A stretch of 64,000 nt of DNA from NCBI GenBank assembly GCA_015680685.1, contig MNCI01001177.1, positions 466,014 to 530,013 of the forward strand, read 5' to 3'. Source of the DNA: Gnetum montanum. Its lineage: Eukaryota; Plantae; Gnetophyta. Shown here piece after piece: positions 24,111-37,634 of the stretch. A program made the position numbers and the translations under genes. The notes beneath the pieces are model-generated. The model was not told the DNA's origin and made no database searches. It saw only the letters and a list, made by a program, of their open reading frames with translations. Position 1 is the first letter of the stretch; every line of letters starts with the position of its first letter.

Positions 24111-26259
24111 CTATGGTCAAAACATAACCAAGGATTAGTATTCAATGTGTAACTTATAATATTTAAGTACCTTTCTCATTGGGTAGTTAAACTAAGTTTT
24201 GACCATGGCATATTGATTATTTTATTATTATTTTATTGCTATTTCACTTAGAATGTCATCGAAGCTTGTTGTGAAGGTTTAACTTGTATAATTTGATGTT
24301 TTAATGTTGATTTCTTTGTTAAACCTTATGGGAGTTAGAACTTTTTTTGAAAATTTTTTCATCAAAAACATAAGGTTTGTATCCCCCACAACAAAGAGCT
24401 TACCTCCAGTAGCTACATGTCAAAGAATGAAATGAATCAAACAAACCATTAGGAAGATACGGCTCTTGGAAGGTTTTGGGCTTTGAAAAATTGAAAAAAA
24501 AAAAACTCCCCCTTGTTTTGAAGCAAATGTAAAAATCACTAAGTGTGGTCACCTATATATAGGTGGGTGGATCCCTGCATCAATAGGATCTCGTATATAG
24601 GATCCTATTTACACATGGGCTTCATTGATGGGTACCCATTTACGGAGCCTATGCCCAAACTTTTCCACTTTGAAAAATATGAAAAATAGAGAGAGTTTAA
24701 ACATGAAATTGATGTTTTTGAAGACCCAGAAAAGCTGTGAACATGATGAAATGCTAGAATAGAGCTTGGAATATCAAAAAATTGGAGAATTTGATTAGAG
24801 AATGAAATTTAATTGGAAAAAATGCCTTAAGGAGCACATAGTTGGATGCATCAATGGGGAGCACAAAATATCTGATCACCGAAATACCTAAGGATAAGGA
24901 ACTTAACTAACCCAACCAAGAGATATGCAAGTGGGTCCTTCCCACAATAGGCTCATGTTCTTTTTTCCCTTGAATAACCTCAACTAAGGAGTCCATGAGC
25001 CGCACAATTGATTAATGGTTGTGAAAAGTTAAGGATCAAATTTGAAAGAATCTACCTAAGAATTTTGACACTTCAAACTAAGACATTGAAGAAGAAGATG
25101 AATAATTGGTAGTGAGGTGAGTTATGACAAGCATGATGGATGAGAGAGAAAATGGAATGGAATTCCTGATTGTGGTCACATGAATTTCCTTGTAGATTTT
25201 ATGGTTAAATGACTCGATAAAGTCCATCCTTAGTCTAGATCAAAACCAACCACTTTCAGTGACTTCGCATTGCCACTCTAAGACCAAATCACCTCCTCAA
25301 GACATAAGAATGCTCCCACAGATCAATCAACATTCCTTATTTGAGAAGAAAAGAGAAGTAGGAAGTGAGAAAGGGCCTTAGTTAGAGGGAACTTTTAGGC
25401 ATGGGTAACATGTCTTTCTAGTTCCATAACCAATGCTTGTAGCCCATTATTTTTATCTAAGGGATGTGCTTTGAATTTCCATCATGTTTTCTTTTGAATT
25501 TTATGTTTTTATGGATTTTTGGATGGGAACCACATCATGCAAAGACGTATTAACTTCTTGTTGTTGGTTGACATGGAATGGTAAGAAATCCATGAAAACA
25601 CAATTGCACTCTAGTAAGTAGAAAGGTATAGAGATCATTGAATCCCCTTGAAGTCACACCTTTTTCAACCCTTTGAATCATTCCTAGGTTTGGAAACTAC
25701 CAAGGTCACAAGTTCATTAAATTTTTGTTTAAGTTTCATTAAGGAAAATAAGAACTCATATTTCCAAAACTAGGAAGACCATAGAGTTTGTGGATGGGTG
25801 GATGATATGGACTCATTGCTTGTTCCATGAAAAAGAAACTTTATCTTAGTCATCAGTCATCAAAGTTCAAAAATAGAAACTAGACATTTAGCAATCAAAA
25901 ACATTAAGTACAAACCACTATTAGCAAACAACTATAACATCACTATGTTCTATTGACAATAAAGTAATTTATTAGAAAATAAGAAAATTTCACACAAAAA
26001 TAAATTAAAATATAAAAGAAGTTGTAAAATATTCAAGAAAGATAAAATGTACTAATGATGTTGTAAAACTATAAATGGGAAAATAACAAAGTGTAAAACA
26101 AAAAGGTGTAAAATTAATAAAGTGTAAAAAAAAAGGCATAAAACAAAGAAAGTGTAAAAAAAAATTGTAAAAAATAAAGAGACACTTGTATGATTAGCAT
26201 AGATGACAATCTCCCCCACAACTAAGTTGAAAGGAGGAGATTTGAAAGATTGAACGAGC

Positions 26260-28946
26260 TTGTTCATCCGATGAGGTGTTGCTTGCACTTTTAGGCTCAT
26301 GGAAAGGTTTAAGTTGTTGAATGTTGGCTAGTTGTTTTTTGTTTAGGCTCTTAGGTTTATAGATCAACATGATCCTAGAAGAAAAGGTTTCATAAATAAT
26401 ATAAGGTTCTTCCCACAACATTTGAAACTTAGTCTTTTGGGGTACATGTGTGGGGTTCTAGTACAGGACCTTGTCTCTAGGTTGAAATTTAACTTTCCTT
26501 ATTCTAAGGTCATGGCACTTCTTGTTGAATGATTTGTGCACTTCATTCAAGGAAAAAGCTACCAATAATTCTCATCTAGTACATTAAAGTTGATTAATCT
26601 TTCTTTTTGTGCTAGGCTAAGATCAAGATCAAGGTCACAGGTGGTTGAAAGTATATGAAGCTCAGATTGAATTGGAAGAGTTGGTAATTTTTTGTACACT
26701 AGCTCGTAGGGAGAGTATCCTATAGGGAGTGTCCATGTTGAGTGGTATGCATAGAGGGCATCGTTAAGTTTTTTTCTGCAATCTCTCCTATATTTGCTAA
26801 TTGTTCTATTCAAGATCTTGGTGACCTTTGCTTGATTGTTGGCTTGGAAGTGGTAGGGTGTTGTTAGTTTATGTTCAACCCCCAAGTGTTGCATGAGCTT
26901 GCGAAAAGTAGAAGTTGTAAAATGAGTACCATTGTCAAAAATTAGTACATGTGGCATTTCAAACCTATTTATAACATTGTATTGTATAAACTGAGTAGCA
27001 ATGGAAGATGTACAGTCAGTGACGAATGTTGCTTCTGCCCATTTTGTACAATAGTTAACAATGAATATTATGTACACCTTTTCATTTAACATGGGCACAA
27101 TGGAACCCATGAAGTATATGCCCCAAATGTCGAAGGGTTTCAATGGTTGAATCCACTATTGAGGCCCCTCCATTCAAGTGGTTAGCCCACCATCTTATTG
27201 ACAACATTCACAAGAGCAGATGAATTGGTGAGTATCCTTGAAGATTGTTGGCCAATAATATGCTACCATTAGCATCTTAATGGTTATGTGTCTCCCTGTA
27301 TAGTGGCCTCCACAAGGACCCTCATGAGCATCTTGGAGAACATGCAATTGATCAGCATGATGAACACACCAATGAACCAGGGCATTGATGCATAGCTTGT
27401 AAAGGTGTCCATTAATCTCAATGAAGGGTTTGGTTTGATGAAGAAACTATTGTTTCCTCTAGTGATCCAAGTCTTGTGGCATCTCCTTAGTGAGAAGATA
27501 AGTAAGGATGCCATCGTACCATGTAGGTTTAGTGGACACTTGTTTATTTATTGCACTGGCAAAGAAGAGTTCATTAGGAAATTGATTAGAGAGTGGGCTC
27601 TCTACCTCTTTGTTGTCCCATCCTAACTGAGACAGGTGGTTAGTGATCACGTTCTTAGTTTCTTTTTGATCTACGATTATAAAAAAAACTCCTGTAAGAT
27701 CACTAGCGATCATATGACATGGGTCTCACCATCAACTTATTCATGAGGAAGTGAATGACATTGTGATTAGTATGCACAAACATCTTGTATCCAAGTAAAT
27801 TGTGCCTGAACTTCTCTAAGGCATACACCACTATCATCAGCTCTTTCTCCATTGTGGTGTAGTTAAGCTATGTACCCACAATGCTTCGACTTATGTAGTG
27901 GATGTAATAAGTATGTTTCTAATTGTTCAATTATGTAAGCATAGCTCCCAAGGCATAGTTCAACACATTTGTCATGATGTGAAATGGACGAGACTAGTTA
28001 GGTGCTCATAGAATTGAAGTTTCTACATGATTCTCCTTAAGTTGTTGGAATGCCTTTTTGCATTTCTTGGTTCATATGAATGAAGAATCTTTCTTTATAA
28101 GCTCAACCAATGATTTAGTGATCTTAGAGAAAAGTGAGGGTATTTAAGGAATCATTGGACATCTTTAACAGTTTCTAGTTTATGGGTTATTCTTTGGATG
28201 ATTCTAATCTTTTTAGGGTTCACGTCAATCCCTACTTGTGAGATTCTATGCCCTGACATAATGTCCTCTTAGATCATCAGATGGCTCTTTTGTAAATTGA
28301 GCCAAAGATCTCCATGCACCTTTTAAGCACTTACTCAAGGCAGTCCAAGGCTTGCTCAAATGTAGAGCCATAGGTTGAGAAGTCATCCATGGAGACATCC
28401 ATCTCATTACTAATTTGTTGCTGAAAAATACTTAGGACAAGGCGTTAGAATGTTGTAGGGGCCTTGTACAAACCAAAAGACATATTTTTATATGTAAAAG
28501 TTCTCCAAGGACTTGTGAATGTTCTATTGGCCTGATCCTCTAGTGCAATCTGAATTTGGTTATAGTTACTATAACTATCTAGAAAGCTGTAATAACAATG
28601 CCTAGAGCTAGTGTCCAACACTTGGTTCACAAATGGTAATGGGAAATGATCTTTGTAGGTTGCCACATTCAATAGCTTGAATTCAATATAGATCCTCCAT
28701 TTTCCACCTTTCTTTAGCACAATTACAAGTGGGATAACCCACTCGCTATTCATGATTAGATACATGAACCATGCCTCGAGGAGTTGTCCAATTTCCTATT
28801 TGTTGATATGCTTCAATTTGAGGTTAAGTTGCTGCTATGGCTACCTCTTTGGCATGATGGAAGGATCAATATAGATGTAATACTTGCATATCTTAGGATC
28901 AATCATAGTGAGTTCAAGATATGACCAAGCAAAGGCTATTGGCCAT
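26260..28946 (-). pseudogene. pol: Element D pol fragment (RT-RH-INT), Athila-like, cut at 28946 by element B
   Basis: SEWVIPLVIVLKKGGKWRI...KDHFPLPFVNQVLD...YSFLDSYSNYNQI; PFDIWGI.FMG, NYCTKWAEA, DNGTHF, LTTPYH.QAN, LWEEPY. Confidence 0.9.
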
Positions 28947-29846
28947 TGATGAATCATGGATTGGATTCATTGACTAGGCCTTGTCAGTTAGGCCCCATTG
29001 ACTAGACCTTGTCGAGTAGGCCCCGTTGATGCAGATTTGATGTGTTGATGTGGCCCCATCAACATAATATATATTTTCACCTATAAATATGTGCTCATCC
29101 ACCATGTTTATGGCATGTCTTATCATAGTTGTAGCAGAGCTATTGTAGTTTTTTCATTTGGAAGTTAGAATATTTTTTTAAGTGCTTGCAGTAAGAGTCA
29201 AGAGTGTATGGATCTTTATTTAAGCATTGCTGTACTTGAGCACAATAGTGTGTTCAGCAATAAAGATGAGCTTGTTGATAAACCTTGTAGCACTTGAAAA
29301 TAGATTAATTATTTATTTATGCATTTAATATTTTATGAGATTTCCTTTAATGCTTTAAGTAATTAAATAATTAATTAGGCTAAGCTAAGCTAGATAAGTA
29401 GCGATTAATTAAGCACATATGTATGACTGCTTCAAGCATATGCTTAGTGCTTGGTAATCCTAGTGATGCTTAACGTTTGGTAACCCAATAGAACTAAATG
29501 TGTTTAGTATGTGTACAGCAAGTGGGAATAGATGCTTATGTCAGGATTAGTTAGGTTAGTTAGTTAAGTTAAATTAACAATTAAATTACTTCATTACTTT
29601 CATCCTTTTTTCTAAGCACTTGAAACGTAAAACATAATAATAATAAAATTATATGCCTTGATTACACTTAACCATACCTTTGTACATCACAAGTGTACTT
29701 GGGAAGATAACAAATGACTGTTAGGATAAGTTCACTTCTTGGAGACTAGTATACTGGAAGATATAGAATTCATGGAATTCAACTAGATCGCACATGAACA
29801 CTTAGTGATTCGTATGGTTGAGTGTAGGGGTACTCATTACTCATCA
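28947..29846 (+). repeat. 5' LTR of element B (TGAT...ATCA)
   Basis: TGATGAATCATG start, CTATAAATA at ~29081, end TACTCATCA; homologous to the LTRs at 36664, 40765 and 41239. Confidence 0.85.
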
Positions 29847-29866
29847 TTAGCATTGTTGCTATGGAT
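29847..29866 (+). promoter_or_regulatory. Degenerate tRNA-Asp primer-binding site (Athila type)
   Basis: TTAGCATTGTTGCTATGGAT versus canonical TTGGCGCCGTTGCCGGGGAT; differences are almost all transitions. Confidence 0.65.
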
Positions 29867-30099
29867 TCTTTTACATGCATTATTTAGGTATAGTGAAAAT
29901 CATTAACATTGTTGGACAAACCTAAGATCAAAAATCATCCTAAAAATAAGTATAATAATTTAAGCACATTGATAACTTATTCTGATTATAGAATATCTAC
30001 TTCTCACAAGAGCAATGATATTAAATCACCAATGCCTCACGCATGCAGGCTGGTATGTACTCATCCAGATGAGTATGTGCCTGACTTGACCTTCATTCT

Positions 30100-33000
30100 G
30101 CATTAGGATGAACAATTGTGTTAGTGAGATATGGAGGGTAACATTGTAATGCCTCTTGATCAATTTGTGCCCAGGATGCTACTCCAAACTCTTAGAAGGG
30201 TAGGCATCCAGGATCTTCAAGAAGAGTATGTTATGCATGATCATGACTACTAGGACTATTGTTCCACTGAAACACAACATAGGAGAGATCAACACTAAAA
30301 AAAGCACCATGAGGCTTTGAAGGGAAAATGGTTCAGCAATCCCTTATTCTTGCTTAACCAAAACAATAATTAGGATCCCCACTCTAGGGGTTCTCAACAT
30401 GAAGATTCTCCATCCTTTGATATTGGTGATGGGGGCTTGAACCTAAAGCTGTAGTTCACTATCAACAATCTTGGTTTAGACAAAAGTGAGAGTCAAAGAA
30501 GGGGCTCGAGCAAGCATTAAGATGATAAGAAAGCTGACAAAATTGATAGAGAAGGTGGTAGATACCATGGTGGTAGCACTCCTCCTTCCTCTTTGTCCTC
30601 TTCTTCTACATCTTCTTCTTTTTCTTCTAGTTCTAAAAGACACCATAGAAAGGAGAACCATGATGAAGGTGAATAGCAGGATAATAATGATCACCAAGCC
30701 CTCCATGAATGAAGGGGCAATAGAGGAAATCATAAGCATCATTGAAATAATGATGATGATGAGCCTTTGCTGGAAACTTAGAGTATGTTGAATATCATAG
30801 AGGTAATGAAAATTCCAACCAAGCATGTGAAAGATAGTCAGATCAAGCAACTTAACATGAACAATATTCCCATATTTGAGGGGGGATATAGCTCTGATCC
30901 ACAAACACATCTTCAAGCCTTTCATGATCCTTATGCCTTGTAGAATATTGAAAATGATTAGTAAACATTAAAGCTATTCCCTAGGACACTCATCAAGGAA
31001 GCATAAAGCTGGTATTGATTCTTGGAGCTGGAATCCATCCACAGGTGGAGTGCAATGCTAGAGCTATTCAATGATAAATATTAGACGTACTCCTAAGTGT
31101 CTAATCTGAGAAGGTAGATCTAAGGATGGAAGCAAGGAATACATGAACCCTTGGATGCTACCATATGCAAATACTATTCTCTCATACATCAATGCCCTAA
31201 CCATGGTTATTCTCAATGGGAAGAACTTTGCTACATCATAGATGAACTTAGATCAGAAATGAGAAGAACTCTTACGGTTTATGCCCAAGGAAGACTATTA
31301 GAACATAGAGCCCATTAGATCCAAAGGTTAATAGAGTAGGTAGCAAAAGAAAAAAGAGAGTTGAGAAAATTGGAAAGTGCTAAGGAGTATAATAGGGATC
31401 CTTCCATTAGAAAAAGGGAGGTTCGATTTTGTGACAATGAGGAGGAGTCATCACTTGATGAGGTGGTGCAGTGAAAAACCTTGCCAATCCAAAAATCTGT
31501 TTTTGATATATCAATCAAGGTTGATAAATTAAGGGACTTTTTAGACAAAAAATTTCAAACTACTCTAAAAATTGCAGAAGAATTAAGAGAGTAGAGTAGT
31601 GATCATAATCACAAGAGAAGGAAAGAAGTTGAATGTGCCTACAAAGGGGTAAGGGAAAGGCTATGACAATAGAAGAGGTTATGGAGTTGGAATTAGATGA
31701 CAATGGTGGATGTAACATTTGCCAATATGAAAATCCCAAGGAATGTTGCCTTATTGTATCACACTTACAGGAATTTGGGGTGTATGCTTTGAACCCTACA
31801 CTAGCATGAAGGTAAGCACCCAGAAGGTTACCTTATCCTCAAGGCAATCCAAAGCAGTTCCACCACCAACAACAAGCTTATTATCCAAGTGGAGCTACAC
31901 CATAATTGTATGAGCAATATCAGCAGTGGAAACATCCATAGTCATGGGGGATGTCACCACCAAGGTAGTAGTACCCTTATAGGCATCCAGATTTGTATGG
32001 GTACTATGTTCAACAACCAATGTCTCTGAGTGACTCTTCTAGTCACGCTTCTTGTTAACATCACTACTACCCTCTAGAGTATTATAGAATTCATTCTCCA
32101 TCTAGTAGAGGGGAAACCCCATATCCCTATCATACTCCTCATCCTTTAGAACATGCTTCTCCACCCTCAACCTAATTACCACCTGCTCCATCCATGTAGG
32201 ATGAGCTTCTAGTCTAACCACAACAATGTAATGCTACGAGGGTCATTAACTTACAATCAGCTCCTCAACCTAGCAGTTTGGAACCAAGATATTGTAAAAG
32301 ATCATTCTTCTAAATTAATAGCCATACTAAACCTTCACCTACTTATGCAATGGGTCATCCTATATATCCTTCATTCTCTACATCCATTCCATTTGAGAGT
32401 CCTTCAAACCAAATGCCTCCCAAGATTCTCATAGTTATGCTAACCCATGCTGTATCTGAGTAGATCAAGGCTGGTAACTTTCCTAGGAAAAGAACTGATC
32501 CTGGAAGTCCTCTCATCTATTTGGAGATTATTAGAAATGAGCCATGTAAGGCTCTTCTTAACCCAGGTTCTAGAGTTAATCTGGTTTCTCACGAAATGTA
32601 CAATACATGGAACTTGCCTTCTTTTAAGAAGAACAACATTCATTTATAATTGACATACTAGTCCATCGCTATTTCATTAGGATTGGTAGAAGATATTGTG
32701 ATCACTATCTGTGGGTGGTCCTATCTTGTCGATTTCCTAGTAATCAAAGTTGAGAACTATAAGGGGGACTTCCCACTCATTATGGGAAGGGCTTGGTTGA
32801 GCACTATTAATGTAAAAATGAGCATTGGATATCTTTTTGTGGAAATTTTCAAGGAAAATGCATTCGAAAAGATTGAGAAGGAATGAGTTCTATGCATCAT
32901 GTATAGCAATATAGGGTGTAATTGTGTGTAGAAACTCTAGTCTATGGAAACTACATGCAGGTAGTGTGCAAATGAGGTAGATATTCAAATGTGACTATAT

Positions 33001-36000
33001 GTAGCATTCACAAAATAAGAGGACACCCAATGGCTAATAGCTAATATTAGAAGCAACACACTTTGCATGGAACCTGCTGGAAGAATAACATGTCCTTATG
33101 TTGAAGGCATGGATAAAATAAAGCAAGTTCATCACCAACTCTCTGATGATGTAAATGATAATACCAATTGGGGAGAGTTAGAAATATCTGAAAATTTTAA
33201 ATAAGAGCCCTTAGAGTTGAAAACTCTACCTACTGCCATGAAGTATATATTTTTGACAAATGGCAAGATGGTAATCATTAATGCCAATTTTGCTCTTGAA
33301 TAGAAATATATGTTGTTAAAGGTGGCCAAGAAATGGCCAACAAATTTTTCTTGGTCATATCCTCAACTCATAGGGATTGATCCTAAGATATGTCAGCATC
33401 GTATCTACATTGATCCAGCCATGAATCCAAAGAGATAGTCATAATAAAGGTTGAACTCCAAATTGAAGTAGATCATCAAATAGGATGTTGAACAAATCCT
33501 AAAGGTGGGGTTTATTTATCCCATTGTGGATAGTGAGTGGGTTAGTCCACTTGTAATTGTGCTAAAGAAAGATGGCAAGTGGCAAGTTTGCATTGACTTT
33601 TGGTTGTTGAATATGGCAACATTCAAGAATCACTTTTCATTGTCATTTGTGGATCAAATGTTAGACATTATATCTGGGCATTGCTATTATATTTTTCTAG
33701 ATCGTTATAATGACTATATTCAAATCCAAATCGTGCTAGAGGATTAGGCCAAAACAACATTCATGAGACCTTGGGGGACTTTTGCATATTAAAAGATGCC
33801 TTTTAGTTTGTGCAATGCTCCTAAAACATTTCAACACTTGGTCTTGAGTATTTTTTAGAAATGAATTGGTTATGTGGTGGAAGTATCCATGGATGAATTC
33901 TCCACCTATGGTGCTAGATTTGAGCAAGCCTTGGACCATCTTGAGCAAGTTCTTAAAAGGTGTATGGAGAGGAATCTTCAGCTCAATTGGTAGAAGATCC
34001 ATTTGATGGTTGAGAAGGGCATTGTATTGGGGCACATAATTTGTCAAGTAGGGATTGAGGTGGACCTTAAAAAGATAAGGATCATCTAAGGAATAACTTG
34101 TCAATCGAAAATCGTTAAAGATGTTCGATCATTCCTTGGACACACTGGCTACTACTAGCTTGAATTTCTCTAAGATTGAAAAATCGATGGTTGAGCTTAT
34201 AAAGAAAGATGCTCCATTCATCTAAACCAAGGAATGTAAAAATTCATTCTAGAGCCTTAAGTAGAAGCTCATAGAGACTCTAATTCAACGAGCACCTGAC
34301 TGGTTTAGGCCATTTCATATCATGATAGATGCATCAAACTATGTCTTGGGATTTGTGCATATGCAGTTGGATGACAAGAAACATCCATATTACATCCACT
34401 ATGCAAGTTGAAGCATTGTGGGTGCATATTTGAATTACACCACATCGAAGAAAGAACTAATGGTGGTGGTGTACACTCTAGAAAAGTTTAGGCACTATGT
34501 GCTTGGATACAAAGTTTTTGTGCACACTAAGCATAATGCCATTCGCTTCCTCATGAATAAGCTAATGATGAGTCCCCATGTTATACGATGGTTGGTGATC
34601 TTGCAAGAGTTTGATCTTACAATGGTATATTGAAAGGGGACTGAGAATGTGGTCATTGACCACTTGTCTTAGTTACGATGGGATAACAAAGAGAAGGAAA
34701 GCATACTCTTTGACAAATTTCCTAATGAACTCCTCTTTGCTAGTGCAATAAATAAACAAGTGCCCACAAAACCAAAATGGTACGATGGCATCCTTAATTG
34801 TCTTCTCACTTAAGAGATGCCATAAGATTTGGCCTAGTTTCTTCGTCAAGTCAAATGTTTCATTGAAATCAACAGATACCTTTACAAGGTGTGCACCGAT
34901 GATCTAGTTCATTGGTGTGTACCTAATGCTAATCAATTGCATGTTCTCCGGGATTCTCATGAGGGTCTTTGTGGGGGCCATTATGCTGGGAGATGCACAA
35001 CCATTAAGAACGTAATGGTAGAATATTATTGGCCATTTATCTATATGGACATCCACCAATTTGTTTGCTCTTATGAATACTATCAATGAGATGGTGGGAT
35101 AACTGCTTGAATGGAGGGACCTCAACACTAGAATGCTTTAACATCTAGGGCATCAACTCCATGGGTCCCATCATGCCCATGTCAAATGGAAAGGAATACA
35201 TAATCATTGCTATTGATTACTACACAAAATGGGTAGAAGTTGTAGCTATCATTGATTGTACATCAGCTACTATTGTGTAGTTTGTACAACAAAAATGTTG
35301 TAAATAGGTTTAGAGTGCCACATGCACTAATTTATAATAATTGAACCCATTTCATAGGCACCACTTTTCATGATCTCATGCAATGCTTAGGGGTTGAACA
35401 TAAATTAACAACACCATATCACCTCCAAGCCAATGATCAAGTAGAGGTTACTAATAGGGAGATTACAAAGATCTTAATGAGAACCATTAGCAAATATAGG
35501 AGGGACTGGAGCACAAAAATTAATGATGTCCTTTGGCCCTACCACTTAACATGTTAACTCAATATAAGCTACTTTTTCTATGAGCTAGTATACGAGAAAC
35601 TACCAACACTTTCTATTTAATTTAAGCTCTATACACTTTCAACAACATGTGATCTAGATCTTGACCTAAGTTTAGCACAAAGAGAATGATTAATCAACCT
35701 TAATGTGCTAGATGAAAATTGAATAGTAGCCCTATCTTGGAATGAAGTACACAAGGAATTTAACAAAAAGTGCCATTACCTTAGAATAAGAAAAGTGAAA
35801 TTTGAATCAAGAGATAAGGTTCTCTATTGGAGCCCCACATACATACCTCAATAAACTAAGTGTAAAACATTGTGGGAAGGGCCTTACATAATTTATGAAG
35901 CTTTTCTTCTTGGGCCATGTTAATTTACAAACCTAAGAGCTTGAACAAAAAGTAGTTGGTCAATACAAAACAAGTCAAACCTTTCCATGAACCCATGTAA
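30100..36000 (+). pseudogene. Element B gag-pol
   Basis: gag: DPQTHLQAF...LKLFPRTL..EA.SWY...QCPNHG; protease C-half: GLVEDIVI...DFLVI...PLIMGRAWL; RT: DSEWVSPLVIV; RH: ELMVVVYTLEKFRHY; INT: HEGLCGGHY, DYYTKWVE, LWEGPY; 5' limit approximate. Confidence 0.88.
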
Positions 36001-36112
36001 GCTAATGGAAGCAACACCTCAATGAATGGACAACCATGCTTAATTTTTTGGATCTCCTCCTTACAACTTAGTCATGGGGGAGATGGCCATCCGTGCTAAC
36101 CATTATAATGGC

Positions 36113-36237
36113 TGATAGTTTTGCTAAGTTAGGGTCTAGTGTATGTTAAGTGCTGATAGTCTACAGAATTCGACCGAGTCACATGTGAATGCCCGTGATT
36201 CGTATGGTTGGGCGTAGGGGTACCTAGCCGCTCATCA
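36113..36237 (+). mobile_element. Short, CpG-rich Athila-type LTR 3'-end fragment joined to truncated element B
   Basis: Ends GGGGTACCTAGCCGCTCATCA; clearly differs from B's own 5' LTR end, so not its partner. Confidence 0.6.
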
Positions 36238-36663
36238 GCTGCCAACCATGACACTTCATCAGATGTGTAACACTCTCCTATTCTATTCTATGCTAGGAAA
36301 AAATTATGTATGGTTAACCATTAACACACACAAAGGTCATGGTAAGAAAACCTATGATTGAACATAAACAACCTCTAAGAAAGCTTGAGGAGGAATAATA
36401 CAAGAATGTATGAACAAGGCTAATATCTATGAATAGCCATTTACTATAAAGATATGAAACCATCATCAAGAACTATACAAAAGAATAATTCAAGCATATA
36501 TATACTAATATGGGCATATAAATAATCTAACGTAGAAACATATATCAAATGTATGAGAGCATATATATGAAATTGCATAACTGGATAAATCCAAGCATAA
36601 CATAAGTTGAAATAACAATTCATCAAGTAAGTCATAATGTATGACATGAGCCCACTTACTATA

Positions 36664-37634
36664 TGATGAGTGGCGAGGTACCTCTACACTCAACCATACG
36701 AAACGAGCATCGCATGCACGATCTGGTTGAACTCCGCAGATGGACTAGTTGTGGCACCTAGATAGTTAGCCTTAGGTCGCAGTTCGCTGTCTTCCCATCT
36801 AGACTAGTTTTGCATATGTCACATATGGTTTAGTCTAGATGAGGTGTATGATGTGTTCGAATTCTAACGCTACTTTTGAAGGCAGTGGAAAATAATACTA
36901 ACTAAGCTAAGAGGAAAAGGGTAAGAAAATCTAATCTAGCCTAAGTGCGACGAGCAACCGATTCCTTGATCAACCGTACACATCTTGGACCTCGTGCACG
37001 ACTGCCACTGGGACTACCAAGCATAGGCCTAGGTACGCCACTGGGATTACCAAGCGCAGACTCCAAATACACCACTGGTTTACCAAGCATAGATCCCCCT
37101 AGCTACACCACTGGGCTACCAAGCAGTCACACTTAAATGCTCATAATCAAGTCGTACTTGTTCCGCTTCTAGGAGTTTAGGGTTGGGAGACTAATCGCGA
37201 TGAGTAACCGATTCCTTAACTAGCCGTACACACCCGTGGATGCTCATAGTCAAGTCGTACTCACACCACGCTATGAAAGCAATAAATAACATTAAATAAA
37301 TAACAAATAAATAAACTAAGTGAATGCTGCAATGATGAAGTAATCTCGATCTTTATTGCCGTTCATGTGCGTGTCCAAGTACGGCACACTCGAATAAAGA
37401 CACCGTACAATTACATTCACCACACTGCGGGTAGACACGGGAAAAATTCTAACTCTGGAGGGATCAAACTACTAGAGCTTCGCTACTCTAAAATTGGGAT
37501 GAAAATGAGGGAGAGCTGCCTCTTATTTATAGAAATTGCCCATGATATATCGCATATGCGATATCGCGGCCCATGATATAACGTGGGTGCCTTAACGCGA
37601 TAGTCAGCAATATGAGTAGTTTCATGTGTCATCA
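36664..37634 (-). mobile_element. Athila-type solo LTR
   Basis: TGATGAG...TCATCA termini; flanks CTATA/CTATC (4/5 TSD); minus-strand TATA ~37524-37532; internal CCACTGGGACTACCAAGC repeats ~37005-37125. Confidence 0.8.

Larger units (their letters stand above)
28947..36107 (+). mobile_element. Element B: Athila-like Ty3/gypsy element, 3'-truncated
   Basis: 5' LTR, tRNA-Asp-type PBS, gag-PROT-RT-RH-INT; homology with D ends at ~36107; no matching 3' LTR or GCCAT TSD partner found. Confidence 0.85.

Noticed and set aside
36108-36112. ATGGC, reverse complement of B's left flank GCCAT, suggesting an inversion
   Set aside because: The adjacent sequence does not continue D's pol; likely chance
36664-36745. 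TGATGAG...CGAAAC resembling a hammerhead ribozyme (also CTGATGAG on the minus strand at ~36231-36238)
   Set aside because: TGATGAG is the LTR terminus itself, stem II pairs poorly, and the other four copies lack GAAA and a GUH cleavage site
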